Of a stretch of DNA of 17,389 bases, positions 7,551 through 16,366 are shown piece after piece. Every line of letters starts with the position of its first letter. Position 1 is the stretch's first letter. Below the pieces are notes generated by a model. The model was not told where the DNA came from. It did no database searches and saw nothing but the letters and a program-made list of their open reading frames with translations. The stretch lies in the NCBI GenBank assembly GCA_965198225.1, contig CBDAOY010000001.1, positions 1 to 17,389 on the forward strand, read 5' to 3'. Position numbers and translations under genes: made by a program. Source of the stretch: Terriglobia bacterium. Lineage in GTDB: Bacteria > Acidobacteriota > Terriglobia > 20CM-2-55-15.

Positions 7551-10214
7551 GTGGCGCTCGCAGCTGGCAAACGCCTGGGTCCATACGAAATTGCCGAGCA
7601 ACTCGGCGCCGGCGGTATGGGAGAGGTGTATCGAGCGACCGACACGCGTCTGGACCGCACCGTTGCCATCAAAGTCCTTCCTGAACATCTGGCAGAACGA
7701 GTGGATCTCCATCAGCGTTTCCAGCGAGAAGCCAGGGCGGTGTCCAGTCTGAATCATCCTCACATCTGCATGCTCCACGACGTGGGCGAACAGGATGGCA
7801 TTCATTACCTGGTCATGGAATACGTCGAAGGCAGGACCCTCGCAAACCGATTGGGAGACGGAAAGCTCCCCATCAAGGAGCTGCTCCAGTATTCGATCCA
7901 GATCGCCGACGCCCTCGACAAGGCACACCGAAAGGGAGTTGTGCACCGGGACTTGAAGCCGGCGAACATCATGCTGACACAATCGGGCGTGAAGCTGCTC
8001 GACTTCGGGCTGGCGAAGTTGAAGACTGATTCCGTATTCACCCAGACCCCTCCGTCGGAATTCCCGACGGACTCGCAGTTGACCAACGCCGGGACGGTCG
8101 TGGGCACGCTCCAGTACATGTCGCCGGAACAACTGGAAGGGAGAGAAGCGGACGCCCGAAGCGACATCTTCTCTCTCGGCCTGGTCATGTACGAGGCTAC
8201 CGCGGGAAGGAAGGCTTTCGAAGGGAAGAGCCAGGCGAGCCTCATCGGCGCGCTTCTGCATCTCGACCCGCCTCCGGTATCGGAACACTCAGACGTTTCG
8301 GCCGAGTTCGAGCACATCATCCACAAGTCCCTCAACAAGGATCCCGAGGATCGCTGGCAAACCGCGCAGGATCTGTGCGGTGAGCTGAACTGGGTCTCCC
8401 AGGGACGGCAGTCCGGCCGCAAACCTGAAAGCGAACCGAAAGCGACGCGGCAGATTCCGTGGGTTGCGGCGGCCGCGGCGGTGGCAGCCGTTCTTGGTCT
8501 GGTCGCGTGGGCATACTTTCCCCGGCCGGAGTCCGATTCCTACACGACGCGCTTCTTCGTCGGCGCTCCCGCTGGAACGATGATCAGCCCCGCCCCGGCC
8601 GATCTCAGTATCTCGCCGGACGGGCGCAAGATCGTGTTCGCCGCGCTCGGCGACGATGGTAGTAAGTCCTTGTGGGTTCACTCGCTGGATTCCTTCAGCG
8701 CGATCGCGTTGGGTGGGACCGAAGACGCCTTCTCTCCTTTCTGGTCGCCCGACAGCGAATACGTGGGCTTCTTCACCAAGGGAACGATGCAGCGAATTCC
8801 ACTCTCGGGCGGGCCGCCGTCCATCATCTGCGATGTCCCGGACGGCCGCGGCGCTACATGGAATCGGGACGGCGCCATCGTGTTCGCCCCCAACCTTCGG
8901 GCGCCGCTTTTCAGGGTCGCGGCGATCGGCGGAGAGCCGGTTCCGATCACCTCGCTGGATTCGTCTCGGACCGAAACCGCGCACCTCTGGCCACAGTTCC
9001 TGCCCGACGGCCGGCATTTCCTGTACCTCGCGTGGAGCGATGAGCCCGAAAACCGGATGATTCGGGCAGGCTCCCTCGGCGGCGACATTGCTGGAGAGGT
9101 GCTGAGGGCCCAATCCAACATTGCGTTGACCCCCGGACATGTTCTTTTCGTCCGGGCTGGACGGCTGATGGCACAAGCCTTTGACCCGAAAGCCCTGTCT
9201 GTCGTCGGGGAGCCGTTTCCGGCAGCGCAGGACGTGTGGCTGAATCCCGCTACAGGCCGGGCATCGTTTTCCGCTTCTGCGACAGGAGCCATCGTGTACC
9301 GCAACGGGATCAACTGGGGCATTGGTCAACTGGCCCAATTCGACCGTGAGGGCAACCGCCTGGAGGTCTTCGGCGAAGCCGGTTCCCTGGGCAATCCCGT
9401 ACTCTCCTCCGATCAGTCGCAGCTGCTGATGGATGTTCGCGACATCAGGCAGGGGAGTCGGGCCATCTGGGCACGGGACCTGGAGCGCGGATCTCCGGCC
9501 CCGTTGACTTTTGGCGAGGCGGAGGACACGGCACCGTTAATATCGAAGGACGGAACTCGGATGCTGTTCGTTTCGGACCGCGACACGGCGTCCAACCAGA
9601 TTTATTCCAGGGACGTTGAGGGGACCGTTCAGTCGGTGCTGGCGCCTCCCAACGTCCAGTTCCTCCACGACTGGTCCGATGACGAACGCTTCGTCGTCTA
9701 TGACTCCTCCAGCTCCGAGACCGGGTGGGACCTCTGGACGTTCCTTCCGACTCTCGACGCTGAACCCCAACCGCTACTCCGGACGGAGGCCAATGAGATT
9801 CACGCCCAGGTATCGCCCGATGGTTTGTGGTTTGCCTATTCCTCGGACGAGACCGGCCAGTACGAGGTATATGTCGAGCGTTTTCCCCAGGGCGGGGGCA
9901 AGCAGTCACTATCCCTCGGTGGAGGTATGCAGCCGCGGTGGAGGGCTGACGGGAGGGAGCTGTTCTATCTCGCCCCGGACCGCAAACTCATGTCGGTCGC
10001 CGTCAGCGGCGAATCGACTTTCGAAGCAGACGCACCACGGGCCTTGTTTCAGACTTCCGTCTACGGCCCGAGCGTCGTGCGTTCCCGGAACAACTACGTC
10101 GTCGTGGGCGGTGGCGAAACGTTCATCGTGAACTCGATGGTGGATACCCGACAGCCGTTCAGCGTTGTCCTGAACTGGTTTGAGGAACTGAAAGGACAGG
10201 TACCCGTTCCATGA
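7551..10214 (+). CDS. Hanks-type Ser/Thr protein kinase with TM helix and TolB/PD40-like beta-propeller
   Basis: LGAGGMGEVY, VAIKVL, HRDLKPAN, LDFGLAK, GTLQYMSPEQ, DARSDIFS. TM segment WVAAAAAVAAVLGLVAW. Repeated SPDG motifs. GTG at 7551 follows GAGGAGG (7538-7544). Confidence 0.94.
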   Translation: MALAAGKRLGPYEIAEQLGAGGMGEVYRATDTRLDRTVAIKVLPEHLAERVDLHQRFQREARAVSSLNHPHICMLHDVGEQDGIHYLVMEYVEGRTLANRLGDGKLPIKELLQYSIQIADALDKAHRKGVVHRDLKPANIMLTQSGVKLLDFGLAKLKTDSVFTQTPPSEFPTDSQLTNAGTVVGTLQYMSPEQLEGREADARSDIFSLGLVMYEATAGRKAFEGKSQASLIGALLHLDPPPVSEHSDVSAEFEHIIHKSLNKDPEDRWQTAQDLCGELNWVSQGRQSGRKPESEPKATRQIPWVAAAAAVAAVLGLVAWAYFPRPESDSYTTRFFVGAPAGTMISPAPADLSISPDGRKIVFAALGDDGSKSLWVHSLDSFSAIALGGTEDAFSPFWSPDSEYVGFFTKGTMQRIPLSGGPPSIICDVPDGRGATWNRDGAIVFAPNLRAPLFRVAAIGGEPVPITSLDSSRTETAHLWPQFLPDGRHFLYLAWSDEPENRMIRAGSLGGDIAGEVLRAQSNIALTPGHVLFVRAGRLMAQAFDPKALSVVGEPFPAAQDVWLNPATGRASFSASATGAIVYRNGINWGIGQLAQFDREGNRLEVFGEAGSLGNPVLSSDQSQLLMDVRDIRQGSRAIWARDLERGSPAPLTFGEAEDTAPLISKDGTRMLFVSDRDTASNQIYSRDVEGTVQSVLAPPNVQFLHDWSDDERFVVYDSSSSETGWDLWTFLPTLDAEPQPLLRTEANEIHAQVSPDGLWFAYSSDETGQYEVYVERFPQGGGKQSLSLGGGMQPRWRADGRELFYLAPDRKLMSVAVSGESTFEADAPRALFQTSVYGPSVVRSRNNYVVVGGGETFIVNSMVDTRQPFSVVLNWFEELKGQVPVP

Positions 10215-11376
10215 GTGAGTACAGCAGCGCTTCGTTGAGGATAGCGGATCCCACAGCTCGTCTGGACTGGACTGATTTCAGCGGCGAAAGCCACTCTGTC
10301 CCCCTGAAGAAGATGGAAACGCTCATCGGACGGGCGACGGAAGCGGACATACTCATCGCAAATCGTACAGTCTCTCGCCACCATCTGAAGGTCGTCCGAA
10401 CCGCCGGCGCCCACCTCCTCGTCGACCTGCACAGCTGGTTCGGCACCTTTGTGAACGGCAAGCGGATCAACTACCACTGGTTGTCCGAGGGCGACCGCAT
10501 CGAGGTCGGCAAGGATCAGGCTGTAACCTTTCTCTTTTCATCCGACGGCGGCGACGAAGTGCACGGGGATGCGCGGCGCGACCCTCCGATCGAAGCGCTG
10601 ATGGACGTGCTGGCCGAAGAGCACAAGAACCTCGGTGACAAGCGGCACCTTGCGGAATTGGAGCTGATGCTCGCCCACGAAGCCCAGAAACATCTTCTGC
10701 GCCAGCCTGTTCCTGAGCTCGAGCACCTGGTCTTCAGGGCGGCATCGTCCCCGGCACGATGGGTCTGTGGGGACTTCTACGACTTCATCACGTTTGACAG
10801 CGGACAAGTGATGGCCGTTGTCGGCGATGTATCCGGCAAAGGGGTAGCGGCCGCCCTGCTCAGTTCGATGTTGCAGGGCTGCCTTGAAATGCAGCTCCGG
10901 CTGGGGGATTCGTTGGAGGCTGCCGCCGAAAAACTGAACCGGTTTATGTGTGTGAAGAGCCACTCGGGCGACTTCGCGACGATGTTTCTTCTCAGTGTGG
11001 ATCGGGATGGCATCGGATCCTACCTGAGCGCGGGACACAAGCCCGCCTATCTTTTCCGGTCGTCAGAGGGAAGCATTGAAGAACTCCCATCGAACGGCGG
11101 CCTCCTCGGGGCTTTCCCCGAAACGCGGTTCGGAACGACCGCCTTCGAACTACGGAAGGGGGATGTCCTCGTCGTCTATTCGGACGGCCTGATCGAGGCC
11201 GAAAACCCGGACGCGGAGATGTTTGGTAAAGAGAGGCTCGTCGAAGTAATAGAGAAGGAAGCCCGCAACGGTGCGACGCAAATGGAGTATGCCCTTGGCG
11301 AAGCCTACGAGAATTTTGTGCAGGGCCGCCTCAAATTGACGACGTGACCGTGATGCTGGTCGAACGCACACTCTGA
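10211..11376 (+). pseudogene. FHA + PP2C/SpoIIE phosphatase with an apparent 1-nt deletion near the 3' end (ORF as read stops at 11347)
   Basis: FHA motifs IGR, VSRHH and GTFVNG. SpoIIE motifs GDFYD, VGDVSGKGVAAALL, SAGHKP and YSDGLIEA. The terminal DDVTVMLV motif lies in the -1 frame, ending at TGA 11374-11376. ATGA overlap with the kinase. The domain call is firm; true pseudogene versus sequencing error cannot be decided here. Confidence 0.75.
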
Positions 11377-11440
11377 AGGGTTCGAACCCCAACCCTGGTC
11401 AGTCAGGAGATTTCTCCAACCTCAAACCCGGGTACCAAGT

Positions 11441-12010
11441 ATGAAAAACTTCCACTTCCCTTGCTGCCGGGCTTTCGTGCTGCTGCTGGCTCTCACCGCC
11501 GTTGTGATCCCGGGCTCTGCGCTGGCCCAGGAGGTTCCTTCACAGAAAGGCTCGATGGAATACGCAGATGACGTCGTCTCCATCGACGCTGTCATTGCTG
11601 CGACATACGCTTCGATTTCGGGCCCCGCGGGCGCTGTCCTTGATGCCGACCGTTTTCGAAACCTGTTTGCGCCCGGCGCCCGGTTCATCCCGACGCAGCC
11701 CAGGCCCGACGGCACCTACGTCATGAATGTCCGGGACGTCGATCAGTTCGTGCAAGCGGTGTTTGGTCAACCAAGACAGAGCGGGTTCTTCGAAAGGGAA
11801 ATAGCGCGCCAGACGGAGCGATTCGGGAATGTCGTCAGCGTGATGAGTACCTACGAAAGCCTCAGAGCCGAGACGGACCCCGCGCCTTTTCAGCGCGGAG
11901 TGAACAGCACGCAGCTCATGTTTGATGGGATCCGCTGGTGGATGGTCAGTATTGTCTGGGACACCGAACGCGCCGGCAATCCTATCCCCGAAAGGCACCT
12001 TCCCCGGTAG
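11441..12010 (+). CDS. Secreted NTF2/SnoaL-like fold hypothetical protein
   Basis: Signal peptide ending ALA-Q. Pattern SIDAVIAATYASISGPAG...DRFRNLF...GFFEREIARQTERFGNV...RGVNSTQL...RWWMVSIVWD recalls NTF2-like secreted proteins. Confidence 0.7.
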   Translation: MKNFHFPCCRAFVLLLALTAVVIPGSALAQEVPSQKGSMEYADDVVSIDAVIAATYASISGPAGAVLDADRFRNLFAPGARFIPTQPRPDGTYVMNVRDVDQFVQAVFGQPRQSGFFEREIARQTERFGNVVSVMSTYESLRAETDPAPFQRGVNSTQLMFDGIRWWMVSIVWDTERAGNPIPERHLPR

Positions 12011-12148
12011 GGTGCGTGTGTAAGGGATGGCAGCCCCCGCACAGAGGACGAGGAGACAGAAGCCGTAGACCGTGACGAGATAGGTGGCGGGGACCCCGGC
12101 GGTGTATTCCAGGGTCTCGAATTCCGAAGCTATCCAGTCGTTCGAGAG

Positions 12149-12346
12149 CTAGTCGGGCAGGCTGATCAGCCAGACGTCGGCTTCCGGTTGAGGTCGGGAG
12201 ACATAGTACAGCGTGCGGTTGTCGGGGGAAGGCGCCGGCAAAAACGACATACTTTCGGGACCAGACGACAGAACCTCCTGAGTTTCTTTAGATGCTCGAT
12301 CCACAACATAAATAGTGCCGCGGTCGGCGTAAACCAGCGTCCGACT
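12149..12346 (-). pseudogene. Orphan 3' fragment of a TolB-like beta-propeller gene
   Basis: SRTLVYADRGTIYVVDRASKETQEVL...PAPSPDNRTLYYVSRPQPEADVWLISLPD* resembles the last blades of kinase-propeller proteins. The upstream part of the frame is the antisense of the next gene. Confidence 0.6.
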
Positions 12347-13855
12347 GTGACCGTACCCCCGATGGATGAGCACAACCAGGCTCTGGTTGCCAACGTCCAC
12401 CCCGCCGATTGGGTCAATCCGGAACCTGCTCCTCGCTACAATCTCGTCGTGATCGGAGCCGGCACCGCGGGCTTGGTCTCAGCAGCCGGTGCGGCGGGAG
12501 TTGGAGCGAGGGTTGCTCTGATCGAAAGAGGCCTTTTGGGAGGAGATTGTTTGAATGTGGGGTGCGTTCCCTCCAAGTGCCTGATTCGCGCCGCTCGAGC
12601 ATTTGCGGACGTCCGCGACGCACACGAGTTCGGAGTCCGTGTCGGTGAGGCAGTCGAAGTGGATTTCCCGGCTGTCATGGAGCGGATGAGGCGCCTGCGC
12701 TCGAGGATCAGCCACAACGATTCCGGCCGCCGCTTCCAGCAGTTGGGAGTCGATGTGTTCCTGGGCGAAGGTCGCTTCAACGGGCCGGACACGATAGAGG
12801 CGGGAGGCCGGACGTTGCGCTTCAAGAAGGCCGTGCTGGCGACGGGCGCCCGGGCCGCAGCGCCGCCGATTCCCGGCCTGGCGGAAACCGGATACCTGAC
12901 CAACGAGACGGTCTTTTCGCTTACCAGACTGCCCAGACGCCTGGCGGTAATCGGCGCCGGCCCCATCGGCTGTGAGCTGTCCCAGGCGTTCCGCCGCTTC
13001 GGCTCGGAGGTTTCTCTACTGGAGACGAAGTCTCACATCCTGATGCGAGAGGATCAGGATGCGGCCGAGGTTCTGCAACGTTCGATTCTTCGCGACGGAG
13101 TGAACCTGGTGCTCGGCTGCAAGATCCTGAAGGTGGAACAGCGAAACGGCGACAAGGTCATCCAGTTGGAATGCGGCGGAGAGAGCAGAAACCTGCATGT
13201 AGACGAGATCCTGGTCGGTGTTGGCCGAGCCCCGAACGTGGGCGGACTCGATCTGGAGGCGGTTGGAGTGAAGTACGACGAAAGGAAGGGCGTCGAGGTC
13301 AACGACCGTCTACAGACATCCAACCCCCGCATCTTTGCCGCCGGAGACATCTGCTCCGCTTACAAGTTCACTCACACCGCCGACGCCCTGGCACGGATCG
13401 TCATCCAGAACGCACTCTTTTTCGGCCGGAAGAAGGCAAGCACACTGACGATTCCCTGGTGTACCTACACAGACCCCGAAATCGCTCATGTAGGAATGTA
13501 TGAACGGGACGCCGAAGCCAAGGGTATCGCCCTAGACACGTTCGTGAGACCCATGAAGGAAGTCGATCGCGCCATAACCGAATCAGAGGATGATGGCTTC
13601 GTCAAGATCCATGTGAAGAAGGGCACGGACCAGATTCTGGGAGGCACCATCGTGGCGCGGCACGCCGGCGAGATGATCAGTGAGATCACGTTGGCCATGG
13701 TGGGCAAAATCGGCCTGGGCAGTGTCGCCGGCGTGATCCATCCCTACCCGACTCAGGCGGAAGCGATCCGCCAGCTCGGAGATGCCTACAACCGGACGCG
13801 CCTCACGCCGACGGTCAAGAAGGTCTTCTCTCGCTGGTTGGCCTGGACCCGGTAA
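12347..13855 (+). CDS. Class I pyridine nucleotide-disulfide oxidoreductase (MerA/LpdA-like, without the MerA C-terminal CC)
   Basis: VVIGAGTAG, GGDCLNVGCVPSK redox disulfide, IGAGPIGCE, AAGD and IHPYPTQAE. Family-like sequence begins at about VTVPPMDEHN (GTG 12347 or ATG 12362). The track's N-terminal extension from 12188 is antisense of the propeller fragment. Confidence 0.88.
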   Translation: MTVPPMDEHNQALVANVHPADWVNPEPAPRYNLVVIGAGTAGLVSAAGAAGVGARVALIERGLLGGDCLNVGCVPSKCLIRAARAFADVRDAHEFGVRVGEAVEVDFPAVMERMRRLRSRISHNDSGRRFQQLGVDVFLGEGRFNGPDTIEAGGRTLRFKKAVLATGARAAAPPIPGLAETGYLTNETVFSLTRLPRRLAVIGAGPIGCELSQAFRRFGSEVSLLETKSHILMREDQDAAEVLQRSILRDGVNLVLGCKILKVEQRNGDKVIQLECGGESRNLHVDEILVGVGRAPNVGGLDLEAVGVKYDERKGVEVNDRLQTSNPRIFAAGDICSAYKFTHTADALARIVIQNALFFGRKKASTLTIPWCTYTDPEIAHVGMYERDAEAKGIALDTFVRPMKEVDRAITESEDDGFVKIHVKKGTDQILGGTIVARHAGEMISEITLAMVGKIGLGSVAGVIHPYPTQAEAIRQLGDAYNRTRLTPTVKKVFSRWLAWTR

Positions 13856-13885
13856 CCGAAGCGCCTTGGCGACTCAATCCGAGAT

Positions 13886-14713
13886 CTACTTCAATAGCTG
13901 ACCCGGTGCGGTCGCTCCTGCCGCCACGACTTGCCGACTCTCACGCTCTTGAACGAAAACGGCGACTCGAAGGTTTTCCGATTGCCAGTCCGGCTCGATG
14001 ACCACGGTTGATTCGACGCTCACCGGACCCCGTCCATCGACGGTGCCGATGACTTCGAGCCTGCGAACAACCGGGGCATGTCTCAGCACACGGCCCGCAT
14101 TCTCGCCGGCTCGCACGGCCGACTGGAGGCGGCTCTCCGTCAGGGCCAGATACACGTCCAGGGTGGATTCACCGGAAGTGGGCAGTTGGCCGATCCACGC
14201 CTGCAGTCGAATATTCTGCCTGTCTTGGTCGGCCCAGGACCTGAGATAGTGGATTCGAACAGGGGCTTTCGGCATCCGAGCGCCCTGTCTAATCGCCTCG
14301 GTCGCACGATCCTTCCGTCCTCCGACGAACTCGGTGCGACCGTCGACGATCATCTGCGGGGTATAGATCCGATTCGTGCCCCAGGCTTCGGCGTACTCCC
14401 GTTGACGCTCGCTGAACCCCGACGAGGAGAAGCGATCTTTCCAGCCGAGGTAATCCCAGTAGTCGACGTGTTCTCCAAGCGCAATGACGTCCGCGCCTTC
14501 GACGGGCTGCGTCTCGTGCAACTCTCGAAGCAATCGATCCGCCGGAGGGCAACTGGAGCAACCCTCTGACGTAAACAGCTCCACGATGACGGGCACGAGG
14601 TCATTTGCAGGATCCAGGCCCTGCGAGGGCCCTCCAGCGACGACACGCGTTGACGCCGCCGGGAAGAGGGCGAACATCGCGACCCAAAGCGTGACTCTGG
14701 ACAGGGTTTTCAC
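13886..14713 (-). CDS. Secreted DUF1223 thioredoxin-like protein
   Basis: Signal peptide; VELFTSEGCSSCPPAD; HVDYWDYLGWKDRFS; YTPQMIVDG; AGENAGRVLRH. Confidence 0.9.
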   Translation of the reverse strand: MKTLSRVTLWVAMFALFPAASTRVVAGGPSQGLDPANDLVPVIVELFTSEGCSSCPPADRLLRELHETQPVEGADVIALGEHVDYWDYLGWKDRFSSSGFSERQREYAEAWGTNRIYTPQMIVDGRTEFVGGRKDRATEAIRQGARMPKAPVRIHYLRSWADQDRQNIRLQAWIGQLPTSGESTLDVYLALTESRLQSAVRAGENAGRVLRHAPVVRRLEVIGTVDGRGPVSVESTVVIEPDWQSENLRVAVFVQERESRQVVAAGATAPGQLLK

Positions 14714-14877
14714 TCCCCCCTTTTCTCCTTCAACGTGGGATTCGACGTCGACAGGGCCTAACAGGCTCGATGATCATATCTCGGGTCGGGACCGTGGAGC
14801 CGCGGGAAAATTAACGAGAAACTAGCGACATCCTGTGAGGCGTCAACCGTGTCTTCGTCACCAGAGTTTTGGGATCG

Positions 14878-14913
14878 GTAGGAGCCCGACCCCTCAGGGG
14901 TAGGGCTCCATAC
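14878..14913. repeat. GTAG-type REP palindrome just downstream of the BON gene
   Basis: GTAG at 14878-14881 overlapping GGAGCCC-GACCCC-TCA-GGGGTA-GGGCTCC (14881-14909), a stem with one mismatch. Confidence 0.6.
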
Positions 14914-14928
14914 CCCGATCAAAGAGGG

Positions 14929-15699
14929 TTATCCGGCCTCGTCGAGTTTCAGGTTGTTGACCACGCTCAGGCTATTGAGGCCCGAGAGCACAGTGCGGGC
15001 CAGCCGCTGCTCCACCTTTGTGCCCACGAATCCTTCCAGCGTTATCGTGCCGTTCTTGACGATGATGTGAATCGGCGGAAACCGTCGAGAAGCGTATCTC
15101 ACAAAGCTCGAGTCGCCGTAGATCCGCTGAGTAGCGGCGATGCGCAGCTCGTCATCATACAGGGAGGTCGGCAGGACATCGATGTTGTTGCCGATGCTGG
15201 TCACGCCCACCACTTCCTCGACTCGCTTTTCGTAGTCTCTCCTCCTCCAGGGTTCTCGAACCCATCCCTCAAGGCTCACCACGCCGTCTTCGACGCGAAT
15301 CTCGATCCAGTCGTAGATGTCGTAGAAGGCATGGGTGCGTATCTTTCGCGCAGCTTCCTCCGCAATCTGTCCGTCCGTCGCTCTTCCACGAGCCACCGCC
15401 AGATGATTCATCACATGGGAGGCGCCCTTGGCTTTCATGGCGACCTTTGTGGCCTGTTGCTTCTGCTCGAGGCTCTGAACGAAGCCCTCGAGGGAGATCA
15501 TGTGGTCGTCGACGACGATCTCGATGCTGTTGCCTTCACTCAGACCCTTCTTGGCCAGGCGCTGTTCAACTTCCGTTTTGATGCTCGCGTCAGTGGGTCT
15601 GTCCTGGGCGGATTGTGTGGCCGGCTCGGCTGTTGCGGGATTCGGCATCCCCCCAACGAAGGCGCCGGCGATAAACAAAACGAGGAATAGCTTCGTCAT
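14929..15699 (-). CDS. Periplasmic protein with three BON domains (256 aa)
   Basis: Start moved to ATG 15699 (MTKLFLVLFIAGAF signal peptide, AGGAG upstream). Three BON repeats: TDASIK...ISLEGFV...VMNHLAV; TDGQIA...VSLEGWV...GVTSIGNNIDV; DDELR...ITLEGFV...VVNNLKL. Confidence 0.9.
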   Translation of the reverse strand: MTKLFLVLFIAGAFVGGMPNPATAEPATQSAQDRPTDASIKTEVEQRLAKKGLSEGNSIEIVVDDHMISLEGFVQSLEQKQQATKVAMKAKGASHVMNHLAVARGRATDGQIAEEAARKIRTHAFYDIYDWIEIRVEDGVVSLEGWVREPWRRRDYEKRVEEVVGVTSIGNNIDVLPTSLYDDELRIAATQRIYGDSSFVRYASRRFPPIHIIVKNGTITLEGFVGTKVEQRLARTVLSGLNSLSVVNNLKLDEAG

Positions 15700-15904
15700 C
15701 CTTGTCTTTCTCCTTTTGTCTGATCTTTGGAGTTCTCGAAAACCTCCGCGTGGTCTACGCCGTTTCGTAAGGACCGAAGTCGGGTATCTACGCGGAAGCT
15801 CTTCATCACTCGGATGGACTCCCAGTGATGAGCGTCCTTGCGTTAGACGCCCGCCAGGGAGATTCGGTAGGAGGAGAGTGTCGGGGTACTCGTTAGGCAC
15901 TCTC

Positions 15905-16179
15905 TAGTGGCCTGTAACCAGTGCTATCGGCGCCATCGCCGATGGGTCTTGCGGGCGAGGTCGAGGAGGGAGACGGAAAGCGATGCTCTTTCATCGGTGA
16001 CGGCTTCCGACAAAGAGATCGCCCGCAACCCCCATCGGCCCGAAGGGTTCGGCCCAACGGCGCCGTCTTCGGTGTCGTAACGCCCTCGCAATGAAACAGC
16101 ATTGGCTCGAGCGTCACTCCTAGAATCCGACGCCGTTCGGCCGAACGCTGGTACCGATAGCACTGGTTACAGGTCACTG
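15905..16179. mobile_element. MITE-like element, copy 2 (275 bp, with an extra 108-bp hairpin module)
   Basis: TIRs TAGTGGCCTGTAACCAGTGCTATCGG / CCGATAGCACTGGTTACAGGTCACTG (24/26). The core differs from copy 1 by about 6 substitutions, counted by eye. Confidence 0.8.
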
Positions 16180-16303
16180 GCGTCGCCGAGTCCCTGGGAT
16201 TCACCCGGACTCGCGGGCGGTGAAGACCTCAGTGTTCCGGACTCCGCGAGTGGAGGCTTCTCGGCTGCGTGCGCCGCAATTCGATCGGTGCTCGGAACCC
16301 CGT

Positions 16304-16333
16304 TTGACTAGTGGCGTTTGGTAGGACTAAAAT
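16304..16333 (+). promoter_or_regulatory. Candidate sigma70 promoter for the TA operon
   Basis: TTGACT (16304-16309) - 18 nt - TAAAAT (16328-16333). GAGG RBS at 16357-16360. Confidence 0.5.
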
Positions 16334-16366
16334 CACTATGTAATGCAGAAATCGATGAGGTAAGAC

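Noticed and set aside
11378-11390. GGGTTCGAACCCC, tRNA T-arm-like
   Set aside because: No acceptor stem, D-arm or anticodon arm can be built around it.
12188-12346. N-terminal extension of the 555-aa reductase ORF
   Set aside because: Not family-like; better explained as antisense of the propeller fragment.
15700-15900. N-terminal extension of the 323-aa BON ORF
   Set aside because: The signal peptide and RBS point to ATG 15699.
15893-16311. Small ORFs across MITE copy 2 (also 6823-7209 into copy 1)
   Set aside because: Frames run through the palindromic repeat and have no protein features.
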